From: Eledone cirrhosa
Lineage: Eukaryota
Length of the DNA stretch: 64,000 bases
NCBI GenBank assembly: GCA_964016885.1
Contig: OZ024742.1
Span: forward strand, 186,992,001 to 187,056,000
Reading direction: 5' to 3'
Part shown: positions 26,200 through 37,815 of the stretch, piece by piece
Position numbering within the stretch: position 1 is the stretch's first letter
How the letters are laid out: each line of letters starts with the position of its first letter
The notes under the pieces: generated by a model
The model's input: the letters and a program-made list of their open reading frames with translations, nothing else
What the model was told of the DNA's origin: nothing
Databases searched by the model: none
Position numbers and translations under genes: made by a program

Positions 26200-26600
26200 A
26201 TAGAGCTACGATCTCAATAAAGATTTATATGAAATATATAAACAATCTGACACCCGAAAGTTCGGTGTTATGCAGAAGCTAAAAGCTTTGTGGAACTTCA
26301 ACACCCATAATTAGACGTTTCCCCCAAACATTTAAATGAACAGGAAAAACGTATCATTAGATGTAGATTGATACATCTAACGGAACTGAGTGATACTATT
26401 GAAGATAATCATTTCACTTCCAAATGTATATACACACCTTCTGCTTCATACCCATCATTATTGGAGCCATACGTTATATACCAACCCGCTTCGACCAAAA
26501 TATAACTGAATTTGAATTTGTGCAGCTCCCTAATTCATAGACTAAAAATGGCTGCGATAGCGGGCACCTTAAATATTTACAAAACATTCTGCGATTCAAG
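26200..26600 (+). mobile_element. Decayed RLE-type LINE 3' fragment
   Basis: ATACCCATCATTATTGGAGCC (IPIIIGA) and LKMAAIAGTLNIYKTF resemble the 25004 ORF terminus. Confidence 0.5.
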
Positions 26601-27171
26601 GGATGACAATTTCTTTTTTTTTACAACCTTGCCACCAGGAAGGTGGCCGGTCAAAAATGTACTCAAAATTAAGAGAAAGAGAAACATACATACATATATA
26701 ATTGCATTTCTAATTTCAGAATTGCCATTACTTGATCATCTCCCACAAATGTGTGGCATGATAGAAGAACCCTTTTACGGCCTGTCCTGCTCATGCAAGA
26801 CACATGAAAGATATTCAGATCAAGTGTGGCTGTGCTTGAAGCTTTTTTAAGTGAAGAAAGAAGGCTTTTCACGTGACCAATCCCACTCTCTGAACACGGA
26901 GACAGGTAAACAAAAAAAAACAAGTCAATATTATTGGGTGCCATCACGTCGCAGGCTCATAGAATGGTGTTCTAAGGACATACGTACACACATAAATACA
27001 TATATTCATAAATACACGCACACACACACACAAACACACACAAACACACGCACACACACACACACACATACACACACACACATATATATATACACGTATA
27101 CATGCATTTGTATGTGTGTGTGCTTTAATTTCATATAATTTTTTTCACCTGTAATGCGCATTTGCCTACTG

Positions 27172-27209
<38 letters not shown>

Positions 27210-27211
<2 letters not shown>

Positions 27212-29737
27212 TAAAAAACAAAAAACAAAAACAATAACAAAAAGTGTAGTACGAACAGTGTGGTATTAGGTTCACACTTGAGAGTGGGGGTGGAAGACTA
27301 CGTTTCGAGCATAAGCTCTTCATCAGAAGAAAAGTGGGAAGAAAAGAGTTCCGAGGGTGTGAGGGGAAGTTGTGGAAAGGGAGAAAAATTAAAAGGAAGG
27401 AAAAAAATTTAAAATGAAAACAAGTTGTTAAAGGGTGTGAAGCGTGTAGAAGTGGTGGTGGGTAGATGGATGAGGGAGAGGGGGGAGGGGAGAAGGAAAC
27501 AGGGGGTCCGAGCGGGGAGGGCGCAAGGTGGTGTGTGTATGTGTGGATGTGAATATGAGAGTTTGGGGAAGAACGAGGTTCCATGTTCGGGTAATAGGAA
27601 AACAAATGTGTACATGGGGTGGGGTGTAAGTCAGTGTGTGCGCGCGTGTGGATGGAGAGGGGGAGGAGGGGGTGCGGGAGAGGGGCGTGTGGAGTCCGGA
27701 GCACGAGTAGGTGTATGTGAGGATACGCACGTATGTGTGTGTGTTTATGTGTGATGTGGATACGTGGGAATGTATGGTTGTGAGTGTGCGAAAATAATGT
27801 AAGTGTGTGTGTGTGTTCCTGAATGTTTTCCCGGTGAGTGTATGGAAAGATGGTGAACAAATCCGGGTATAAAAAGGAGGATGTCCAGTGCATATGACCA
27901 GTGGTGTAGGATCCATGGAATTGGTGAAAGGAAGTAGAAAGTTGTGGGGCGAGTGCGCAAAAGGAAGTGGTCGAGAAGGTCAAGACAGGGGGTGGAGTAG
28001 GCAGGGCGAAGGATGCGAGAGAGAGAGAGGAGATAGCAGTTAAGAGGGTGACAGCAGACAGGCGATTGGTAGTTGACAGGTGTGGCCTGTATGTGTGTGT
28101 GGAATGTGTGTATGTGTGTGCGGAGGTGCGATGGACAGGATGGGAGGTGGGTTACTGTGAAAACTTCAGGGCGAGGGTGGCGGGGTGCGTGTGGGTGTTG
28201 TGTGTATATTAGTGGAGGTGTTAGTAGGATGTGTGTGGGTAGAGGGGGGTAGTCGGGGGGGGGGGAGAAGGTGCTGGGTAAATATGAGTGTGATATACAC
28301 GTGTGTGTCTGCGTGTTGAGGGTGTGAGTGCGTGTGTGATAGGGGGGTGGGGTTGTTAGTGGTATTAGTTGTGGGGGGAAACGAGGGGGTGGGGGTAGCT
28401 GGAAGTGGAGGGAACGGCGAATATTGAGAGTGTTTTAGTGGTGTTAGTAGGGATGCGTATAGGGGAAGGGGAGGGGAACGATCGAAGTCTAAAGGAAGAG
28501 GGGTGGGGAGTTCAGGCGAGGGGGGCGTGTGGGTCTGTAGGGTGAAAATGGTGTGGGGGTCCCATGGGTTTCAATCAGGCCACAGATGGTGAGGTTGTTG
28601 GTGGTGGAGTGTACAGGGGAACCAAAGTGGCGGGCGATGGGGAACTCCCGCCGAGACGAATATCTCTGAGGTGCTCCTGAACCGATCCGCCAGGCGACGT
28701 TCGGTTTGTGCGACATAGCTTGCGCTGCATTCCGTGCAACGAAGTCGATTGACGAGGTTGGAGTAAGTGCAGCGGAAGGCAAGCCGGACAGAGAGAGAGT
28801 GGCCGTTGGGACACTGGAAGGTGGTAGTGATGGTAATGTGGGGGCAGGTGTGGCAGCGGGGTCTGGAGCAGGGAAGGGAACCGGAGGGGGGAGGGGTATG
28901 GAACTGCGGACGAGGATGTTTCTGAGGTTGCGGGCACGTTTGAAGGAGGGTAGTGTGGTGATGGGAAGAAGGGGTGGTGGAGGGGTCCGACTGGAGGCGT
29001 CGGAAGATGCACTTTTCCATCCTTTTCCATCCTTTTCTTGAAGCGTGGTCGGTGGAGAGGTAGGGGTAGGAGTGGTAGGTGAGGGGGGAAGGAGAGGTGG
29101 GGGTGGGGACGCGGGGGCGAGGGCAATGGCAGGAAGTAGATGGTGGGGGTATGGCACGTGCGCACGATGAGGTGGGAGGCGGTGGTAGGGAGGACGGAGG
29201 AGGAGACGATATGCTGGATGGTGGAGGTAACTTGTTGTTGGTGTAGCGGGTGGGGTCGGAAGGTAGGGGGCGGTAGAATATGGGGTTGTGGAGCTGCCTG
29301 AGGGCTTCGGTCGTGTAGAGGTCGCCTCCCTAGTCCACCGGTTTGATGACGATGTCGTCGCGGATACGGAGGAAGTGGAGAACGAGGAGTTCGACCCGTG
29401 AGATGTTATTCCGTTTGGAGCGGCGGCGGAAGTCGAAGTGATTTACTGCGCTACGACAGGCATCAACGAACGCGCCCAGGGTGCTTAATTACCCGGGAGA
29501 CGGCGTCCAAGAAGATGGTCGTCGGCCCAGGGTGTAAAAGCAGACTAAGGCTTCCGGAGTCGGTGGGGTGATGTGGAAGTGCGCCTGTAGCTTGGTGCGT
29601 CGCACAAATCGCTCAACGTCCGCTCGGGTGCGGAATTCGTCGCTGTAGGGTGTGTGAGGTATGAAGCGCAGGCCTCTACTGAGGAGTGAGCGTTCAAGTG
29701 CGGAGAGAGTGAGGTCGGGCTGTATGGTGATAACAAG
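27210..29737 (-). mobile_element. Internally deleted, frameshifted Penelope-like element (Neptune-like Cys linker)
   Basis: Reverse-complement pieces: LLSRGLRFIP, DDIVIKPVD*GG, PTIYFLP, FKRARNLRNILVRS, CSRPRCHTCPHI, CTYSNLVNRLRCTECSASYVAQTERRLADRF. The RT core is missing and there is a long C-rich 3' region. Confidence 0.85.
27292..27330 (-). ncRNA. Minimal hammerhead ribozyme in the PLE pLTR
   Basis: Reverse complement reads CTGATGA-A-GAGC-ttat-GCTC-GAAAC-GTA-GTC. Stem I pairing is poor. Confidence 0.7.
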
Positions 29738-29867
29738 TGGGAGTGGGGGATATGGGGGTAGGGGAGGATATATATATATATAAAAAAAAAAATATATATA
29801 TATATGTATGTATGTATATATATATGTGTGTGGTGTGTGTGTGTATATGTGTATATATATATGTATA

Positions 29868-30746
29868 TGAGGTGTATCAGAAAAGTTCCAGGACTGATGT
29901 CACAAAAGATTTATTTCAAACCCAAACTTCCCACTAAGAGTTTTCTCCTTCAAAGTAACCACCCTGGAGAATGTAACTGTAATCTTAGCTCTCTGCAGCG
30001 ATCAAACTTTTTTTCTTCATAATTTTATATACATGTCCTCTGTTTCAGGTCGTCAAGCAATGAGCACAGAGCAACGAACAAACTTGAAAACTCCATCAGA
30101 TGCACTGGGGTTGCTGCTGCAAGTGTATGGTAATGAGACGATGTCACGCTCACGTGTTTTTGAGTGGTACAAGAGGTTTGAAGAAGGACGCGAGGACGTG
30201 GAAGATGACCCCAGGACCGGAAGGCCCTCAACAATCAGGACTGAGGTCAACGTTGAGCGCGTCAGGCAGATGGTGCGTAACGATCTTCGGCTGACTGTTC
30301 GACTGATTGCAAATGAGCTGGGCATGAATCTGGACAGCGTCTGGAAGATTCTCACTGAAGATTTGGACATGCGGAAAGTTTGCGCGAAGTTGGTGCCAAA
30401 ATTGCTGAAGGATGGCCAGAAAGGTCGACGCATGCAAGTGTGCCAGGACATCTTCGAGCGTCTTGAAACCGAACCGATCTTGCTAGAGACTGTCATTACC
30501 GGTGAGTACGACCCGGAGGGGACCCGTTTTGAAGACGTGGACGACATCAAAAAGGCCGTGACGACGGAACTGCGGAGGATCCCGGAAGAATCCTTCCAGG
30601 AGTGCATGCAAGCGTGGCAGAAAAGGATGGAAAAGTGCATTAGATTCCAGGGGGATTAATTTGAAGGAAAAAACTCCTCGTGTGAAGTTTGAGTTTGAAA
30701 TAAATCTTTTGTGACATCAGTCGTGGAACTTTTCTGAGACACCTCG
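29868..30746 (+). mobile_element. Internally deleted mariner transposon
   Basis: ~85-bp imperfect TIRs (TGAGGTGTATCAGAAAAGTTCC / GGAACTTTTCTGAGACACCTCG) and a TA TSD. Confidence 0.92.
30033..30659 (+). pseudogene. Mariner transposase lacking the DD34D catalytic core
   Basis: MSRSRVFEWYKRFEEGREDVEDDPRTGRPST (HTH region), CAKLVPKLL (WVP linker), then ITGEYDPE fused in frame to the C-terminal GTRFEDVDDIK...WQKRMEKCIRFQG. Confidence 0.9.
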
Positions 30747-30799
30747 TATATGTACATGTATGTATATATGTACATATATATATGTTTATATGTATATAT

Positions 30800-31098
30800 A
30801 AGTATGTATACGTACATACATATATGTATACAGACGTACAGTAGTATGTATATATATATACATACATGCACACATATATATATATATATGTACGTATGGA
30901 TTCACCGAACATTTATTATAATGCTCGGTGTGTTTGTAAACAAACATCCCGTATTAAGCCGTATTAAGCTCGTTTGTTCAACACTGACAAAGGAACGCTG
31001 TACTAGTTTCAAGCTTATTAGCTATCGTCAGCAACGTATACCTTCCTGCCAGATGATTGAATGTTTGAAAGTATATACTTTCCTTATGCATATTAATA
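30800..31098 (-). mobile_element. Diverged single copy of the 466-bp HHR unit, with HHR at 30995-31037
   Basis: Matches 2810-3145. Reverse-complement HHR: ACGTTG-CTGACGA-TAGCTAATAAGCTT-GAAAC-TA-GTA-CAGCGT. Confidence 0.8.
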
Positions 31099-31999
31099 TG
31101 TATATGCATATTTATATGTATATGTACATATATATATATATATATGTTTATATGTATCTATATAATGCGGTTTTTCCCTTGTTTAAGATGAAAGACATAT
31201 TTAACAGGAAGAGACATTCTTCAGTGAATGAATTCAATGAAGTTGAAGTGAAGCAACTGAAAGTCATCTAATATTGTTATAAAAGACAGAATATGTTATG
31301 TTATTTATGCGAATATTTATCAATGAATCTTCTTAGAAATATCGTGATTTTCAACGTTTGTGAATATATTTTTGGCTTACACTATGAACAATGGGTTCAA
31401 TAAGAATCTTGTTTTCTATAAAATCTTTCATATATTCATAATGGCGGAAAAAATATGAATATATTATTTCAAATAATAAGGTAAAAAAAGGAAATGGACG
31501 AGAACAAATTTTTGAATTTACACACATACATGGACGCACACAGACACATACGCACATATACAGACTCATCACACACATACATACGCACACACACACAGGC
31601 TCGCCGATGCACTCTCACAGGTGCACACATACGCACTCTACATAAACATACACATATATATATAAGTGTGTTTATATGTATGTATATATATATATATATA
31701 TATATATACATGCGTGTGTGTGTGTTTATCTGTACCTGTGTGTATATGTGTATACACACACACACACACGCACACAAAGAGAGAGACTAGTGGAAGCAGA
31801 AGGGTAAATGTTAAGTAGGTTCAAACAGCAACCTGCCTCTACATCCTTTTCATCTCCCTCTTTCTGCTGATTTATTGATATGTAGCCCTAAATTATAATA
31901 TGCAGCATGAAGAAGGCATTGTTTCATTGGTCTGCTATGTACTACGTTGTGTACTTACAGTGCCGCAGTTATGTACCATTGTATATACAATAGATCCAT

Positions 32000-32495
32000 C
32001 ATAGCCGAATAGTAAAGAACTTCGATTGGCAATCATTAGGTCCCGGGTTTGATCTCACTGTGATCTTGGGTTTGATCTCACTGTATTTTGTGTAAGTCTT
32101 ATTCACCATAGTTACGGGTTGACTTTGCCTGGTAATTGAAACTCGGTATACACAGGTAAGTCTATTCACGATAGCCACGGCTTGACCTTGGCTGGTAAAT
32201 GAAACAAGGTATACGCGGGAAAGTCTTATTCACCATAGCCACGGCTTGACCTTGGCTGGTAAAATGAAACTCGGTATACGCGGGTAAGACTTATTCACCA
32301 TAGCCTCCAGTTGAGCCATGCCTGATAATTGAAACTGGGTATACGCGGGTATGTCTTATTCACCATAGCCACCAGTTGAACCATGCCTGGTAATTGAAAC
32401 TCGGTATATGCGGGAAAGTCTTATTCACCATAGTCACGGCTGAAATCTGCCTGATGATGGAAACTGGGTATACGGAAACAGTTTGGATGCCCGTC
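32000..32495 (+). mobile_element. tRNA-derived SINE whose body is expanded into ~6.5 tandem ~59-bp repeats
   Basis: A/B-box-like head (TAGCCGAATAG..GGTTTGATCTC), repeats of TTATTCACCATAGCC..GAAACTCGGTATACGCGGG at ~32098-32475, ending ACGGAAAC..GCCCGTC. Confidence 0.65.
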
Positions 32496-32628
32496 AAATG
32501 GACTGTATCTGAAATTCAAAGGTCTAGTTTTGTCATAAGCATTGTATCGCACTGAAACTCCTTAAGAATTAGGTTACAGAGGGACTGTCTGTGTTTGCCC
32601 CACCGCCATCGTTGGGCTAATAATTTAG

Positions 32629-32874
32629 GTCGAACTGCGCCGCCTCCTTTTGGCATTTTTGTCCTCGCTACCGCAACTTAGCTTTCTTTCGTCGTCTACC
32701 TGCGTGTTGCCCCGCTGTTCTCGGTCGTCTCGAAATTTCACGATTTGCGTCTCCTCCCTCCCCACCGACCAGAGCCGAAGGAAGTCGAGCCGTAAGCTTG
32801 CGCCTCGCATCAAATGTAATGCAGACGCTCAAGGCAATAGTAACAATGCTGGGGAGGTCGTGTCTATTATATAG
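32629..32874 (+). CDS. Candidate terminal coding exon of a host gene
   Basis: Unique GC-rich island. CTAAT..TTTAG| acceptor, then phase-0 frame VELRRLLLAFLSSLPQ...GEVVSII*. Confidence 0.35.
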   Translation, partial: VELRRLLLAFLSSLPQLSFLSSSTCVLPRCSRSSRNFTICVSSLPTDQSRRKSSRKLAPRIKCNADAQGNSNNAGEVVSII

Positions 32875-33408
32875 AATTAGGTTAAGGGTACACATGTCTG
32901 TTAATTTTATGAGCTGACTGTTACCTAGATCGAACAACTAGAATATTCATCGTCGAATCTGATGGAGATCCATTCCGTTGGATGATTATTAAAGAAAAGC
33001 TAGCTTACACGGAAATGATAAAATTGTCCTTTTTGATATTAATGTGGTTAGAAACTAATTAAATACTTAATTAATGACGTACTAATTAACTTTACATTTT
33101 GCAATCATACATGTTAATTTCACTAGCAGCATGTTCCCCTGATCGAACGAAATGGAACACTCATCGTGGAAACTGACGGAATCCAATTCGATTTGAGACC
33201 ACAGCTAACTGAATTTACCCCAGATTTTTATACTTCCATGTGAAATATCTATACGCTCACAACAGTTATTAACTCAAAACGAAAGTGCAATGAACTTTTA
33301 TATCTATATGGAAAAGGAAAAATGAAAACAGCGCTCAGTCAGGTATGTGAACTGATATATTATTTATGTTCATACACGGATCAAAAGCGCTACCTATGGT
33401 TTCAAGGC

Positions 33409-34200
33409 TGAATTTTGACCATCTACCCAGATTGTAAGACGGATTAAATTTGTGACCTAGTCTTCAGGCGCTTGGATGAGTTACTGTTAAACTGTATCTG
33501 TTAACGAGATACTGTTAAAAATATAGTGATAAACGCTTCTTTAAAAAAAAAACGTAGTATAACAAAGGGAAATAACTCTAAGATGTAAATTTGAACTGAC
33601 TATGTGAGTATTCGTGTGGGTGCAATACAGCAGATATATGATGGTATGAAATATAGAGATGTTTATATTCATTAAGCTATGGGGTTGAGTAGTATAGAAA
33701 ATGTAGCATATTATGTTGCTGAGGAAGAAGATAAGTCATTAAGAAAGTATATAAATCAAATTAATGTGGTTGAAACTCTGTTGTATCTGTTGAGTATTTC
33801 CACTTAGCAAAAATTTGGCCTTTGAAATTCAACTGATTTTCACACACCTTAGATATTGATTTATATACTTTCTTTATAACTCATCTTCTTTCACAGTAAC
33901 ATAATACGGCACACTTTTTATACTACTCAACTCCAGAGCTTAACAAATATAAACATCTGTATATTATATACCACAATGGTATTACCATACATCTGCTATA
34001 TTGCCCACACACTAACACGATTACACCTACTTTGACATTTCAAATTTACATCATGGAGTAATTTCCCTTTGTTATAGTACATTTTCATAAAGAAACACTT
34101 AACAGGGTATATTTCTAACGCTATCTTAGAGACTGGTTCAAGCGCCCAGAGACTACGTCACATATTTGACCCCTCTTATAATCTAGGTTTAAAATCGGGC
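33409..34200. mobile_element. Old non-autonomous DNA transposon/MITE with long (~170-bp) diverged TIRs
   Basis: AAATTTGTGACCTAGTCTTCAGGCGCTTG matches the reverse complement of CAAGCGCCCAGAGACTACGTCACATATTT. TATAACAAAGGGAAATAACTC matches that of GAGTAATTTCCCTTTGTTATA. Confidence 0.7.
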
Positions 34201-34278
34201 TTTGATAACATTTAATATATATATATATATATCCGTATGTGTTTGACAGCTGTGAGAAACGTGTGTGTATGCGTGTGA

Positions 34279-34338
<60 letters not shown>

Positions 34339-34343
<5 letters not shown>

Positions 34344-34995
34344 CGGAACAAGCAAACATTAAACAATCTTTTAAATAAATTAAATTACGATTTAAATATT
34401 TACCTCTTCTAGTGCTATGACCGGCGGTTTCGCTTATCAAAAGATCGGAAATTCAGAGAATTTCCAATGGAAAGATATAGCTCTTCAGATAGTTTTTCAA
34501 AATCGACTAGACATAAGTCCGTATAGATGTAAATATATCACGCTCTGCCAAGTGAATGAATCAAGCCGTTAAAATGACCCACACACTTATTGGACCGTTA
34601 GAAAAAGCGGGAATTATAGACTCGCTGATATTTCATGCTGCTAGAAATAGGAGCATGATACAGCATATTTTTTTCTCTACATTAAGGAGAATTAGATACA
34701 TGATATAGATATCCCAGAAGGTACTAGATACTCACGGAAATATATATGGTGTCTATAATTATGGTTGTTCTATGGTACTAATTTGAGATACCAGAACTGT
34801 AAATATGAGCGGAACAAGCAAATGTTAAACAATCTTTTAAACAAATTAAAATATGATTTAAATATTTACCTCTTCTAGTGCTATGACCGGCGGTTTCGCT
34901 TATCAAAAGATTGGAAATTCAGAGAATTTCCAATGGAAAAATATAGCTCTTCAGATAGCTTTTCCAAATCTACTAGAAATAAGTCCGTATAGATG

Positions 34996-34998
<3 letters not shown>
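34339..34998 (-). mobile_element. Retrozyme-like element: ~190-bp direct repeats at a 466-bp period, each with an HHR, flanked by (TA)n
   Basis: GAGCGGAACAAGCAAA occurs at 34341 and 34807. Reverse-complement HHR: CTAT-CTGAAGA-GCT-[long stem II]-AGC-GAAAC-C-gcc-G-GTC-ATAG. Confidence 0.85.
34415..34492 (-). ncRNA. Type I hammerhead ribozyme with extended stem II (second copy at 34881-34958)
   Basis: Intact CUGAAGA and GAAA core, GUC cleavage triplet, 3-bp stem III, 4-5-bp stem I. Confidence 0.8.
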
Positions 34999-35073
<75 letters not shown>

Positions 35074-35079
35074 ATATGT

Positions 35080-35140
<61 letters not shown>

Positions 35141-35157
35141 TATATATATATATATAA

Positions 35158-35827
<670 letters not shown>

Positions 35828-35856
35828 CATATACACATATATATATATATATATAT

Positions 35857-37777
35857 TGCCGCCGACCTTAAGGTAGATAGAGAGCTAAGCGGGTGGGGTT
35901 CCTCACCCTGAAAGATCACAAGGCAGACTTTACTTCTAACGCCACATGTAGACTAATAAACCCGGCACGCACAGATATGGGACTAGTCAGTAAGGCCATA
36001 CTTAGGACATAGTTAAGAGCATTAGGACCAAGTCCAACCTGCCCCAGTGGGAGAACTGCGACTCCGTAATTAAGTGGTTTAACTCCTTAAAATCCAAAAA
36101 AAGCGAAATTCCCACAGTTTGAAATTCTCGATTTTTACCCGTCGATCTCAGAGACCCTGTTAAAGAAAGCGTTGGACTTCGCTACCACTTATACCACCGT
36201 TGATGGTTTAGACAGGGAAATCATCGCTCACTGCCGGAAAACCCTCCTCTTCAACGACGGAGTAGCCTGGGCAAAGAAGTCTACAACTTCAGACCTATTC
36301 GACGTCTCCATGGGATCGTTTGACAGTGCTGACGTATGTGACTTGGTTGACCTATTTATCTTAGACATATTACGTGTTAGATTCCCGGACTTCCACACGG
36401 GAATATATCGCGACGATGGACTGATTTTATCGAGCCATAAAAGTTGTCACGACCTCGACCGGTTTAAAAAAGACTTAGCTTCTACCTTCAATGAGTTAGG
36501 ACTTAGGATAACAGTAGCCACCAACCTCTCTAGCATAGATTTCTTAGACATTAATTTAGACCTTCGCACACACACGCACAGACCTTTCCATAAGCTAAAC
36601 GAGAAACTAAATTACATTCACAAGAACTCATGCCACCCTCCCACTGTTTTTAGAAACTTCGTTAAGAATATCAGTACTAGAATCTCAAACCTCTCCTCTA
36701 ATAAGGCTATCTTTGACAGGGCGGCACCCTACTATAACACGGCGTTGGTTAACAGCGGCTTCTCACAGCCTATCACTTACTCTCCTACTAGCAACAACAC
36801 CATTAGGAAAACTAAGCGCAACAATAGACAGACTATCCGGTTCTCTCCTCCCTTCTAACTCAACGTTAAAAGTAATGTAGGAAAAAAATGTCTAGCCCTC
36901 TTAGATAGACACTTTCCCATAGGTCATAAATACCGCTCCATCTTTAACCGACACAAAGTTAAACTAGGATACTCCTGCACTAAGAACATGAAAGCGCACA
37001 TTACCATCAGCCCTAGGAGCAACACCCCACCAGGGTGCTTTTGCCGTAAGCCTGAAGCTTGCCCCCTTCAACAGCAATGCAACACACGAGCTGTAATTTA
37101 CGAGGCTGTGGTCACTTCCAACCGACCAAACGAACCACAGGAGGTCAAATCCTATGTGGGCATGGTGGAGGGCCGATTTAAGGAACGTTTCCTGAACCAC
37201 CAGTCTACCTTCAGGCACCTGGACAGACGTTCATCCACGAAACTCGCGAGACACGTATGGTCCCTTAAGGACTCAAGTATAGACTACTCCATTCAATGGA
37301 AAGGCATCACTAAGTTCAAGCCATACGCAAGGGGAAATCCGACGCGTGGCTTATGTATTGACGAACTAAAGAGATTGCGCAATAGTGATTGCCTAAACAC
37401 GTGAAATGAATTTTTCACACGTTGTCCACACGTCGCTAAACACCTATTGCATAACTACAAGGCTCCGGACTGATTCTTTGTAATTTTATTTTTCAACCAA
37501 ACACTTTTCGGACTTTCGCAGTTATCTCCCTTACACCTCTCGAACGCAGTCTAGTATTGCCTGTGTGAAGTGACCGGGTTTCTGCGCACCCGCGTTCGTA
37601 CGGTTGCCCTTCCTGTTCCTATAACCAATAACCATGCCCATTCCGATCTGAGGATCCGCTAAGGTGAAAAATTGTTCTCGGGATGGTGAACTAACTGTTG
37701 TGTAACCACTTCTACCTAACTCGTCCCTTGGACTGAGTGCTCTACCACTACGGATATTACCTTCCAGTGTTCCACCA

Positions 37778-37780
<3 letters not shown>
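35857..37780 (+). mobile_element. 5'-truncated, disrupted Penelope-like element, probably Naiad-type (RT + GIY-YIG + pLTR)
   Basis: TLKDHK..CRLINPA, MGSFDSADVCDLV, YRDDGL, SCHPP, CFCRKPEACPL..C, VIYEAVV..YVGMVEGRFKERFLNH, and LCIDE..LNT*NEFFTRCPH. Contains frameshifts and stops. Confidence 0.88.
37638..37686 (+). ncRNA. Hammerhead-like ribozyme in the PLE pLTR
   Basis: CCATTCCGA-T-CTGAGGA-TCC-gctaa-GGT-GAAA-AATTG-TTC-TCGGGATGG, with a 9-bp stem I offset by one base. Confidence 0.65.

Positions 37781-37810
<30 letters not shown>

Positions 37811-37815
<5 letters not shown>

Noticed and set aside
30053-30640. 195-aa antisense ORF, and similar antisense ORFs over 59-63 kb
   Set aside because: Shadow frames of the transposase and RT coding sequence.
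32095-32475. CRISPR-like repeat array
   Set aside because: Whole units repeat without unique spacers, the context is a eukaryotic SINE, and there are no cas genes.
37402-37404. In-frame TGA in the Naiad-type EN as selenocysteine (some Naiads encode selenoproteins)
   Set aside because: It falls at the Arg position of the LNxRxE motif rather than a Cys, so it is best explained as CGA>TGA decay. The copy also has other stops and frameshifts.
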